Source of the DNA: Amoeboaphelidium protococcarum X5
Taxonomy: Eukaryota > Fungi > Aphelidiomycota
Length of the DNA stretch: 64,000 nt
Assembly (NCBI GenBank): GCA_023515725.1
Contig: JALDTO010000142.1
Coordinates: 668,361 to 732,360 of the forward strand
Direction of reading: 5' to 3'
How positions within the stretch are numbered: position 1 is the stretch's first letter; each line of letters starts with the position of its first letter. The translations under genes and the position numbers were made by a program. Under the pieces are notes generated by a model. The model was not told the origin of the DNA, ran no database searches, and was given only the letters and a program-made list of their open reading frames with translations. Positions 41,976-53,869 of the stretch are shown here, piece by piece.

Positions 41976-43418
41976 TCACTATAATCCTAAAGACTTCACG
42001 TCTGGAAGTCCACCATAGGCATCTCCAAAGGCGGCAACGACAGGCTTCTTTGAGGACAGCATTCCATCCAGCACCTTCTTCACAGACTCTGGGGTCACGG
42101 CATCAACATCGGCCAGGAGTTCAGAGACAGACTTCAACTTGGAGCCACCGTTCATTGCGAGAATCTGGTTGTACAGGCGCAATTTCTCACCTTTATCTCC
42201 ATGGCCTTCAAGAGCGAACGCCAACTGAGCCTTGGTCTACAGCTTGGCTTTTGTGATTAGATCGCCACTGACCAGCGATTTGCTGCTGCCAGACTTTAGC
42301 AGAGACACCACTTTGCCAACACAATCCTTGACAGATGCAGAATCCTCACCTTTAATGTAGAATCCAAAGAGACCACCCTCAGGATAAGCCTCAAGGAACG
42401 AGTATAGCTGATCCACATGAGGCACCTGAGCCTGGTTCAACAACTGAGATCCTTCATTGAAGTACTTGACTGGCTCATAGTGAATATTGCCAAACAAATT
42501 CTTTAGAACCAGAGCACTCAAATACTCCTAACCTTTATTCAGAGCAGGAGACTCAAATGCCAGTGCATAGTGAACAGTATCATCAGGCACCACCTTGGTA
42601 CTGAATGACTATCCACCGACAAACTTGGACTGTGTGGATACAGCGGAACCGGACGGCAACTTCAGACTGGAAGCAGAATTGAAATCTTTAGCTGAAGCAC
42701 CAATACCGGTAAAATGGCAAGACTTATTACTCAACACACGCGGAACATACTCGTTCAGTACGGCCGGCACATCAACATCTTGCACCTCAGCGTACAGAGG
42801 CATGCCCAAACCAGTGCCACTATACGCGACTCTGAATAGCTCATCCATAACAACCTTGTTAAATTGCTAAGGACTACTGTTCACATACTTGGTCTCCTCA
42901 ATCAGTTGGTAAATAGAGTCCTTCCACTCGGCAGACTTGCGAACAAACTCGCGATCATAAATGCCCCACTGCGCAGTGTCTCTCTCAACCAGGCCGTGCA
43001 AAACATCAGTCAACAATTGAACAGAATCTGGGATATCATCGCGCTAGCAGTCAACACTCAGAGTCAACTGAGATCTATCCAGGTGGGCACTCAGATGCTG
43101 CCCCAGTAAGTCTGCCTCCTTAGTGATGCGGATGGTGGAGCGGGTATTGGTGGATTTGAAGGCCTAAAACTTTAACCATTGCGCAAATCCAACTTGCTTA
43201 GCCCCCTGCTGATACATAGGACCACAGTTCAAAGACACTGATACAGTGGATACCGGACTATGCTAATCTTCGACAGTGGCCACTCTAATACCGTTCTACA
43301 GTTGAGTACTAGTGTAAGCTTTATGGGATGCCTTCAAAGGATGAGTACCAACAAACTGCGGATTCTTCTTTGCACCGATACTCTCTGCCGAAGCCAATCT
43401 CTTCAACTACTTTAACAT
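41976..43418 (-). CDS. QCR2: Cytochrome bc1 core protein 2 / M16 peptidase-like
   Basis: NGIRVAT, AFKSTNTRSTIRITKEADLLG, GGLFGFY, PVVAAFGD. Confidence 0.8.
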
Positions 43419-43800
43419 AATATTGATCAGAATCAGATAAGTCTATATTATTACTGCTACGATGGACAACAACGATAGTCTATCAATGCCCAGGTTGACG
43501 TAATGCTGAAATACAGTAAAAGAAAGTGAAAGTACTGACTGAAAGGAAAAATTTCAAAATCTCTCGCGCGCGAACGAACGAACGAACCAGCGAACGGTCA
43601 GAGCTTTTCACTCTTCTTCTCCCGTCTTGTCTTAACACAAAGGCGGTACGGGAATACCAAAGCACTGAAGAAAGAGACAGAGAGAGGACGCGCTTGTCTT
43701 TGCGTAGTAGTTCGCTGTTGACTTGATTCATGAAATCATATCAAGATTGTAAAGTCAGAGAGTTAACGCGAAAATATAAGTAGTAATTCTATATTGAATA

Positions 43801-44607
43801 TCATTTCATCCTTTCCTAGCGCCACTTGTAGATGGGATTGCCTTTATCATCGGTGCCAATTTTGTACTTCTGTCCTTTTGAGTAGGTGAGCAGGTGTTGC
43901 ATCTCCAACTCTTTCTCTATGGACTGCAGCTGTTTCACGCGTTCCATTCTCATCTACAGCTCTTTCAACTCTTCCGATTATTCAGATCTATCTTAATTAT
44001 TATTGCTGTTAGATGCAATCAATTAATTGTTTTTAGGATCGGCTTATGTATCAGCATTTGCATTACAGCGGTCGTCATCGCTGTCAATGAATACAACATG
44101 TTTTCTCCGTGACGATTCCCCATCTCCATCCATCAGTTAAGATACAGCTTAAGGATCAATGAGGGCCATTAATTTCTCAACCTTCTTCTTATTCAACTAA
44201 AGGTGATATCTCACATACTGAATGTCTTGATTTTTTAACAATTTCAATTCATCGCCAGAGAATACGCGATTTCGATTGTCAATCACACTGATATTACTAC
44301 CACCATTATTATTATTATTAGACTTTTTTTTATCCCTGCGCTTACGATTTAATGCATCATGATCAATTCGATGGACACCGCGAGCATCCACTTTACTATA
44401 AATCATACCATGACTAAACTCGTCATCATTCTTTGATCTGATTTTCTCTTGCAGCACTTTGAGTGTTTTCTACTTCTTCTGATGGTCCCGCGCTCTCAAT
44501 ATGTAATCCTTCTTCTTCTCCAGCAAACCATATCTATGTGCACGCGCCTAAGGCTGGGATCTTTCTAGATGAGGCTTTTACGGAATATACTTTTTCAATG
44601 AAGACAT
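43801..44607 (-). CDS. UTP11: U3 snoRNP protein Utp11
   Basis: HLERSQP...GLLEKKKDY, KNDDEF, YKWRQER. Confidence 0.93.
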
Positions 44608-44795
44608 GCTTATACAGTTTTATGCTATTAAATATCTCAGATGTCAGTTTCTTTACCAGTTGTGTGAAGCGATATGAAAAAGTGAAAATTTAAATCGAAA
44701 GGCAGCATTTCAAAATCTTAAACTTAACAATTAAAATTTTCGCAGTTTCAATTCTTATATAGTAATACAGATCAGTAAGTCAAATTCAATTCAAT

Positions 44796-46439
44796 TCAAA
44801 CTGCAAAGGTTATGCCCTGAGCTAAAGGTAATTGACCGCTGTAGTTTATGGTGCAAGTTTGACGGCGCATGTACTGCTTCCATGAGTCAGATCCACTCTC
44901 TCTGCCCCAGCCAGTCTCCTTGTTTCCACCAAAAGCACCGCCAATCTCCGCGCCATTAGTCGGAATATTCACATTGACGATACCACAATCGGAGCCAGCA
45001 GGTCCGATCCATTTAAATATACTCTGCGGATCTGTGGTGAAAATGGAAGAACTTAATCCTTGGCCAACAGAGTTGTTGATCTTCACAGCCTCTTCAAACG
45101 TCTTGAAAGTCATTGTATGCAGAATAGGCACAAACACCTCGTTCTTTACTATCGGAGAGTTACTCTGCACCTTGGTAATAACTGGTACTACAAAGTTGCC
45201 ACTACTAAGACAGTCTGATTAATTCTCGGCAAAATCAGACCCAGTCAGGGATAACGATACGCTCTTTGGACCAAATAGAATCTCTCCGCCTTCCTGTTTC
45301 ACACGTTCAATCGTTGCATTGTATTAATTAACTGCAGTTCTAGAGTGCAAAGGTCCCAACAACACTTTACTAGATAGCGGATCTCCAATCTTGCCACTTT
45401 ACACAATTTGCTGATACATCTTGGCAAGCTTGTCGACAAATTCATCATAGATGGATTCATGGATGATGAGTCTACGCGTAGTTGTACATCTCTGCCCAGC
45501 TGTACCGACGGATGCAAACAGAATAGCAGGTAGAGCTAAAGATAAATCTGCATCAGGCATAACTATAATAGCATTATTGCCACCCAACTCGAGCAAGGAT
45601 TGACCAAATCTCTGATGAACATCCACACCCACCTGTCTACCAACCTGAGTGCTTCCGGTAAAAGATACCAAGTCCACTCTCGGATCTTTCACAAGCTACT
45701 GACCAACATCAACTCCTCCACAAACCAGGGAGCACAGAGAGCCAGGCAGGTTATTACGCTCCAGAACATCTTGCAAAATCTTGGTCACAGCAATCGCACA
45801 CAAAGACCCGGTAGGAGCAGGCTTCCAAATGACTGGATTGCCGCAGATGAGACTAAGTGCAGAGTTCCATCCATAGACAGCGACTGGGAAGTTGAATGCG
45901 CTGATTACTCCAACCACACCCAGCGGATTCCACATCTCCAACATTGCGTGATCAGGACGCTCACTAGGGATAACCTTACCATTAAGGGATCTAGATAGAC
46001 CAGTGGCAAAATCTGCAATGTCAATGTACTCCTAAACTTCACCTCTACCTTCAGGCAGAATCTTGCCCATCTCCATAGAGGTGATATACGACAGAGCCTC
46101 AAACTTATCCTGCAGAGCATTCCTCATCTGACGAACAATATCACCACGCTTTGGTGCAACAACCTGTCTCCACATTGCCTGTGCCTACTTGGTCTTCTCC
46201 ATTGCCTTCATGTAGTCTTTCGGAGTTCCCATTTGAATCTGCGCAATGGTCTTGTTCGTGGCTGGATTCACACTATCAAATACCTGCCCACTGGCATACC
46301 ATTCGCCATCATACACTCCAAGATTAGGCTTATCCGCTGATATGTTCAAAGCATCCAAGACTTGTCTAACACTCTTGAACGTTTACTTGCTTCCAATCTT
46401 GGTAGATAGAAGCGCTCTATTCATGATTACTTTGACCAT
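44796..46439 (-). CDS. ALDH7A1: Aldehyde dehydrogenase family 7 (antiquitin)
   Basis: [61 protein letters not shown]. Confidence 0.95.
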
Positions 46440-46610
46440 ACTCGATAGCGAACAGGTACTATACTCAACTGTTCAATGATGTTACCTGAAAGGGAAAGGA
46501 GTAAAAGGAATCGCTTCAATTGAAACAGAAAAGGTTCTTCAAGAGAAAAATCGTCTGTCTGTCTGTCTGATCCGCTTGAAAGTTGGGCCGATCTCTTTTT
46601 CGTGCACCAA

Positions 46611-49328
46611 ATTCTTTTGAATTTTTTTATCCATAAAGTATTTGTATGATAGTTTGTCTTATTTTAAATACGATTATCATTGAGATTCTATACATTTTTA
46701 CATACTTTTCAATACAAGTCAATAATTTAATTACTCGTTTATTTTATTGCCAATCTTCCGAGCTTGTCTCAATACCTTAGCAATACCTATAACTCATGAG
46801 TGGTTTTGAGCTGCGACCATCCTCATTATATCACAATGAAATGATGACTGGTCGTGTCACATCTCATCATTGCATTGTATTCAATGCTTACTGACAGTGT
46901 TCTAATTCTTTCATCGCAATACTGATCATTTGAAAATGTAGCCAAGCCAATAACGTGAATTATCTGCGGCTGCAAAGACAGTACTAGAAGATTTCAAAAC
47001 TTAAGCATATCATCAAGATATTCCCGGATTTCTCTCCGTGTGTGTTAAGGTAATCAATACAGTTGATATTCGGATAGTCAAAGAACTTGGCGCATCATCA
47101 TTTGCCGCATTTGCTCCAGTATTTGCCCCTTGGTATAATCCTAAATCTGAATGGTTTGGACATTATGTTTGGAATGGCAACACAGACGCGTTCAGTTAAC
47201 GACTGTTGCTGAAATGCACCGACAAGGACTGGCAAATACCGTAATCTTAATAAACAGAACACTCCTTAAAAGCAAAGTTCAATCCTAGTTTGAATCGTAA
47301 AGACATGGGACAAAACGTAAGTGAGAGCCAGGAGAAGTAAAGTTTTAGTCAGGTGAAGCAATAAATTGAGAATATCATTGAATCCAAAATGCGGAATCAG
47401 TACATTGCATCAGATACAGACTCTCTAATGGCTAAAAGGAAATCTAAGCAGTAATAGTCGTCATCTAAGAGTTTGAAGAAGAAGAAGAAGAAGAAAGTGC
47501 TACAGCTTTCGGAATAATCTCTAGTGGCGTTGGAAAACATGAAACCAAAAATTGGCAAGATGAAAAATCGGCGAGAGATTGCCGAACTGAATCAGTATGA
47601 TTAGATACGCTAGATTAAAATTCGTATATTCCCTGATAAGAAGTTCATACACAAATTCAATGAATGGCTGGATCTCAAGTATCAAATGGTGAATTTCATC
47701 ATTAACATTTTGAATGATTCCAGAGATTAAGGAGAAAAGGTGTCAATACAAGCGCTAAGGAACCAGGTTGCGCTAAGTTAAGTCAAAGCCAAAAAGTGCC
47801 GCGTGCCTGATGACGACCCAAGATTGCGTTGGATGCGAATGCCATCTACAGTGCAAGATGAGATTATTAATGCGACTCGCACGTATTACTATGCGGCTCA
47901 TGAGAAGTATACAAAGGGTGATATCAAAGACTACAACTTTATGCCAAAGAGAGATGATGATTAGTTTTAGATGCTCCAGTTTTAAGCGAAAGATGCCCGT
48001 GTAGATCCAGATAGCAATCGCGTCCGCCTACTGCCTTCATTCCTCAAGAGCTTTGGGAAACTGTATGCCAAGGATCCTCTATTCTAAGCGCCTGGCAAGA
48101 TTGACTACTGGCCTCGTTTCATCAAGTTTGGCTATGGCAGAGGAAGAGCGTTCAAGATCGTCAAAAGAAACAAAAAGTTCTTTGTGATTGTTTCGTATGA
48201 TGCCTCCTGTATATAAGGTCCATTCACTGATTGGTATTTCTAGCAACTGCAAGATATGAATAATGCAGATGATAATCTTGAAGGTGCTAGATCATTTATA
48301 AGCCGCCGTGATGCGCGTTGCCGTTAAACTGGAAACTCTTGCTCGGTGGATCCAGGTGTTAGAGTGAGCATGACCGTCTTCGATTTGGATCGTAGGTCAT
48401 TCATTGCGATTGCGCCTGATTTCAAGTAGCTTTATAAGAAAAGGAGTGAATAAATTTCCAATGCATAGTCTCTGAAGGATTAGATGGATAATCGCGCAGC
48501 TGCTTTTCAAAATGGACAATTGAGCCTGGAGGAGTTTAAAGCGTAGAAGAAAGAATTATGGCACACATGGAAGTAATCAAAGAATAATGTAGTTCCAACT
48601 GATATTGGCATTAGTCGTGCTTACACCAAATTCTCTGCATATGTATCGAATTTGCATAACCGAATTGGCAACTTTTTGATGCGGCATTATGATCTAATCA
48701 TTCTTCCCGAGTTTCTTACTAGTAAGATGGTGAAGAAACGGAGAAAGCGTTTGAATTTACCTCCCGTTGTAAGTGATACGGCCAATGTACTGGTAACGCA
48801 CTCGCGTGGTTAGTAAAATTCTGGGCATATTCTCCATAAAAATACGCGGAAGACTCTATTGGCGTTTAGCCATTACAAGTGTCGTATGAAGCTTATTGCA
48901 ATGGCATAAGCTAATATATTTAGATCTGGAAAGTAAGTGCTCGTGACAACGGAGGAGTTTACGTCGAAACAGCATCCGTTTCAGAATGTGCTACATAACT
49001 GTCTTGGTGCTGATGAGTATTTCATGTTGGGTGATTTTCGTGCATATCGGGATAATGTTGGATCCTATAATGTTATGTCTCGAAGTTTTTCTAAGGAAGA
49101 AGTGAAATTGGTTACTGCGAACTAAGAGGATTAGACACTATATAAGGAGTTCGTGACGTCCATATGAAGGTCTTGCAAGAGACTCTATTGCGCCTTGCTT
49201 AACATCTGACCATTAAATCATAGAAGTGTTTTGTAATTGCTTATCGTTATGCTCGTACTATACTGTTACTCTGCTATTAAGGGGCTATGTGGGGACCCCA
49301 ATGAAAAGATTGCTGGAGCTTTTTTAAA
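46611..49328 (+). mobile_element. Putative non-autonomous Fanzor element; boundaries tentative
   Basis: GTGCACCAA direct repeats at 46602-46610 and 49329-49337 bracket the Fanzor ORF; no TIR or transposase seen. Confidence 0.35.
46796..49167 (+). CDS. Fanzor2 / IS607-TnpB-like RNA-guided endonuclease (~768 aa if intron 46877-46941 is spliced; 743 aa from ATG 46936)
   Basis: RQIKIRIFPDKKFIHKFNEWLD (OrfB N-terminal region), SCSVDPGVR (RuvC-I), HNRIGNFLMRHYDLIILPEFLTSKMV (RuvC-II region), FSHYKCRMKL, VTTEEFTSK (alternative catalytic Glu), AYRDNVGSYNV (RuvC-III); no TGA over 2.2 kb, ~35 TAR codons. Confidence 0.9.
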
Positions 49329-49345
49329 GTGCACCAATGATCGAT
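49168..49345 (+). ncRNA. Candidate Fanzor omegaRNA
   Basis: Directly 3' of the ORF, as is typical for TnpB/Fanzor; short stems (gtct...agac, gggg...cccc) and a T6 run at 49320-49325; inferred, not demonstrated. Confidence 0.4.
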
Positions 49346-49485
49346 TAACCCACATGTTTACGCAACGAACGACGGAGGTGAGCTGAAACAAACAGAAGCG
49401 GTTCATAGCATAGTATTTAAACGCACTAAAATTTGGATAAATCAATGATGTAGTTCCGTATAAAATCCTGTAAAATTAATTATTC

Positions 49486-49513
49486 ATTTCTCACACCCGT
49501 TTATGTGAGAAAT
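49486..49513. repeat. Perfect 10-bp inverted repeat hairpin
   Basis: ATTTCTCACA-cccgttta-TGTGAGAAAT, followed by CTAG at 49516-49519. Confidence 0.8.
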
Positions 49514-49707
49514 TCCTAGTGTCAGGCAGGCGTATCAGTGTGGCAACTTGCGCGTGTTTAATCACCCGCTGTCATCGGTCGATAAAGCTTAACGATCGGT
49601 TGTCACTGTATTTGTTCCCACGGCTATATAGTTGTAACTCAGTCTCATTTTGACTGCTTTTGCACCTCTGTCTCTGTAACCCATTCGATTTGTCGTAATT
49701 AAAAAGA

Positions 49708-50568
49708 ATGCTTGCATTGCCTGAGAGTATTAAGTGTACGCTAGTTTATTATATAATCTTTGGCGCATATATATCCACTGTATTAAACACTGACATTGTT
49801 GTCAATTTACTGAAGCGGTTTGATGAATTTTGGCTCGTTTCATGCGGCACTTTTATATTGAATGTGGCACTGCATTGGGTGTTGGTGTCCTGTTATGCAT
49901 ATCTAGATTTTTATGGATCTCCCAAGTGGCTTAATGCTTAGAAAATATAAAAAGTCGACTATGATATGTTTGCCGCCTACAAGAAGGCCATTATACATGG
50001 TCTCAAGTCACAGTTTTTAATGAACTTGCCTGGTGGATTCATTCTGGCGTACTTATGGTGTCTGTCTGATAAACCAGTGTTTCCACTCCCTTCTGCGGCG
50101 TAGATGATACGCGATATTGCATTCTACTATCTATTAGAAGAGATAATGTTTTATTATGGTCACCGACTACTTCATCATCCGCGAATATACAAGTACATCC
50201 ACAAGGTGCATCACGAGTATAAGCAGCCGATCGGTGCCGCTGCTGTCTACGCTCATCCTCTTGAGCATTTGACTGTGTCTCTAACACCAGTGGTGCTTGG
50301 TCCTCTATTGGCGCATTATTATTTCGCAGGCGCTGGTGGCCATGTCGCCTCATTTTGGTTGTGGTCCATTATCGTGACTTTTAACATCATTCATGATCAT
50401 AGTGGATTTAAAATTCCATACATGCCAGATTCGTTATTTCATGACTACCATCACGTTGCGTTCACTAGTAATTACGGAGCTACCGGAGTTTTGGACTGGC
50501 TGCATGGCACCACTAAAGGATACGATTAATGGAGGGAGAAAGTCATGAATCGTAAAGCTATTGATTGA
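49708..50568 (+). CDS. Sterol desaturase / fatty-acid hydroxylase family (Erg25/FAXDC2-like)
   Basis: His boxes HRLLH, HKVHH, HDHSG, HDYHH; YAHPLE. Confidence 0.9.
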
Positions 50569-50762
50569 TGTTCTGTTGAAGGTTCTTACCAACGAGTCAT
50601 TGCAGTTGATCACAAAGGTCCTTTAATTTTGCATAGAGATTGAGTTTCACATAGTATCTGCTTTTTTATTCTAAAATATGATTAAAAATATTGTTTTTAT
50701 GAATCAGATGATATATTGCATTTAAATTTTCAAAAGCATTTTCAATAGCAGACAGAATGTAC

Positions 50763-53549
50763 TCAATCTATGGAGGCACCCGAATTTGATCTTGACAATA
50801 TGATGGGTGGTGGACATATTAAATCATCCGGAGCTGGGGCCATAATCTCAGTGTCATTTAACTCAGACACTTATTCTATGACCAAATGCTGGAGACTATC
50901 AGTTGAATCAACAAATGGAGAGCCGTGTATCTTTAAATTAATCAACTCAATCCAAGAGCTTCTCTCTGCAAAACTTGAACACACGACGTACAACGTACGC
51001 TCATCAGTGACAATCTTGAAAGGGTATACAGACACAGTGTCAATATCAGAGCAGTTTTCAACTTGTCGTGCACTCTTACCAAAATCAAATTACTTGGACT
51101 ATGGAATCTCATCATCATTTGCAATAGAAACACTTCTGAAGTCTTTGACTAAAATCTTGTTCATCAAGTTCTCAGGTGTTAATTTCCCTGCATCACGAAG
51201 ATATGATTACACTTCCGGCTTGTACCATTGCAACTCTTGATCAGTCATGACCAGCAATCGCAATTTCCAACTTTTGACAGTATTTCCTCTCTTGTAAACC
51301 AAACTGCTCATCAAAATTTAATCAGACTCTAGTTCCACGTCGTCTAATGATTAAGGCTCATTAGAAAGATTAAGTACGATTCTGCCATCCAATTTGGTTT
51401 TCAGTTCGTTGAAGAAATCAATATCCCAAGATCGTACGCCAATCTTTGCAAACCAAGCCAGCGATCTTCTCTTCAATTGAACGGTAGGTGAATTCAATGC
51501 GGAGGATGCATCTCTATCAAGAGAATAAAACTCAGAAATGCTTCTTTCTGCAGCTGACTCATTATCCTTATCAAAAGACGGCATTGTCTGTTATTACTCC
51601 TCAAGTATATCATCACCATCCATGGCAGAAAACCGCATAGATCTCGTTTTACCACGATCTTATTTGTAGTCGCGTAAATGGGTACTTTAAAGAGGAACAC
51701 TCCGAGACAATTCGACATTATCATCAAGCTAAGACTTGCGTCCTTTAATTTCCACAAAGCACTGCTCTCCAGCGTCAGCTTCATCTTCACTATCAGAGAC
51801 ATAGTTATCACGACTGATTGCGGTGTCCTACTGGATGAGACTATCTTTCGTTTATACGCGCTGTGAGCCAGAATTACCGGCATGAATATCAAGTCTTAAT
51901 TTAGAATTATTCATCTAATCTACACTTCGCCTGTCTCTTAATTTCTGCTTCAAATGATACAGCTACGAGTCAATGATATCAAAACACTAATCGCAAACTC
52001 TCACCGGCTTCAACTAGCTGATGGCGTACACAGCTGAGCTGCTATAGGCAGAGCTAGTAAACGATGCCATTGTAAATCTTTTCTACTAATTATCAGCTGT
52101 ACTTCCAGTGATGCTACCATCATCGGCCCGTTAATCAGCCTAATTCAAAGCTTCTTAAAACTTACTAGGCAGTACCGACTTCTTGGACGAGCAATCTGCA
52201 CATATCACACGTCCACAAGATCTGCAATGATGACGACGAATCTTCCACGAGAAATCCTTCTCACATTACATACAACTAATGACAGCATTATCAGGCACCC
52301 ATACCGGAGCTTTGTACACAGACTATTGATCATCTTCATTCAACTCACTCTCTTTGCTGTCTAACTTTTTCAGAGTACTAATATTTGACTGGTACTTATC
52401 AATCGCGTCACTTATGGCCGACATCCACTCTGATTTGTCCTTTTCACTGCGACACAGCACTGCAAAACTCTTTTCGCTGGATATTATCTGGAAGCAGTTC
52501 TACATCAGTGGTCCATCTTGTACATCAACCACTCTCATACCCTCTAGCTTGAACAGACGATGAAACACATAACTAGGGGCATTGATGTTAGCCTGCGAAT
52601 TCAGTGATATACCAATACCACTATCTGCGGCAGTGCTAAACCCGGTAAAGTCTTTCTTATCCACTGCACTAATTAACCCAATACTAGAGCGACTGGAAAG
52701 GGCAGCATACACCAGAATATCTGTAAAGAGAAACAGAGCTCTCGGCTTATTAGTCTTGCGGCAAACCTTGAGCACGAGGCCTTGCTTCAAAAATCTACGA
52801 CCAGGTGCAATAAGATCTTCACTAAGATTTGCCATATTTCGCTGCAGCGACAACACCTTCATCATACCCTCCTGCTCCCGGATCATCTCATTGACGAACG
52901 ATGCCACGCCTTCAATGCTTCTCAGAGCCTTCTACAAAGGGAGATAATCAGTGTGTTCTGAGGGCGTATGCTTCAGTAAATCTTCCAACAGAAGCTTATA
53001 ACGCGGTATTCTCTATACAGGAGCCAATATATAAGCCTGGAAAGACAGTCCTTTGCACTGGGTAGATTTGGCGATATTATTCAAAAATTAATTGAATCCT
53101 GTATGCTTTCGCTCAAGCTCCATCACCAGCTGAATAGCAGTCTGATAATTCTTCACGTACACCGAGTATATCTTAAAGAAGGGACTGAGGTAGCAGAAAA
53201 TATCGCCAATAGCATCTTATTGTGAATACACGTCCATTCTAAGTGCAACAGATGACTCTATAAATTGTTATTATTATCCTACAGGGGCATTCTCGTCAAC
53301 TTCAGCGGGACATCCAAATCTGGTGTTCAATTAGTTCATTAGCTCCGTGTTGACTTTGATAATATCCTCAATATTACTAAATATATCTTGTATCTACTTG
53401 GATGATAATATAGGAGTACCACCGTAAGCAGCATCACGCAGAGGAGTGATAAATAGCCGCTGGATATCCAAAAGCGTATTGACATATGATCTCTCCGTGG
53501 CAATAATCTCATCAATAATCAGAATCCTCTTTGCATAATCACGCGTCAT
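50763..53549 (-). CDS. FGD-like RhoGEF (DH-PH-FYVE plus C-terminal PH)
   Basis: [30 protein letters not shown]...[31 protein letters not shown]; start approximate. Confidence 0.9.
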
Positions 53550-53869
53550 TTCGCACACTTTACAATTAGAAGAATTATTAAAGACAATTAAAGGACAAAG
53601 AGGATAATTTTAGATGGAGGGACCTTCTCAAAATAATGCGGCGTGTGCGAAGGTATAACGATCTCAGCGCGGTATGAAGATCCTTAACTATTCTAAATCA
53701 AGGGGTCTTGGGCTTGGTAGAGAACACCTTCAAGCTTTATACTGAATTTTAATACAGTAGGTTAAAAACAAGCCAGATATTATTAAGCAAATGGGGTTTT
53801 CAAAACTAATTCATTTTATTTAAATTGTTGGATATAAAGTAGAAATATACTCTCGTAACGTGACTATGA

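Noticed and set aside
46936-47450. Fanzor N-terminal extension as a fused IS607 TnpA serine recombinase
   Set aside because: No YARVS catalytic motif or MerR-like HTH visible
47810-48004. Separate 64-aa ORF inside the Fanzor
   Set aside because: Out-of-frame overlap with no recognisable features
53673-53746. Possible C/D-box snoRNA (ATGAAGA ... CTGA)
   Set aside because: Imperfect C box, no convincing terminal stem, and no rRNA complement I could verify
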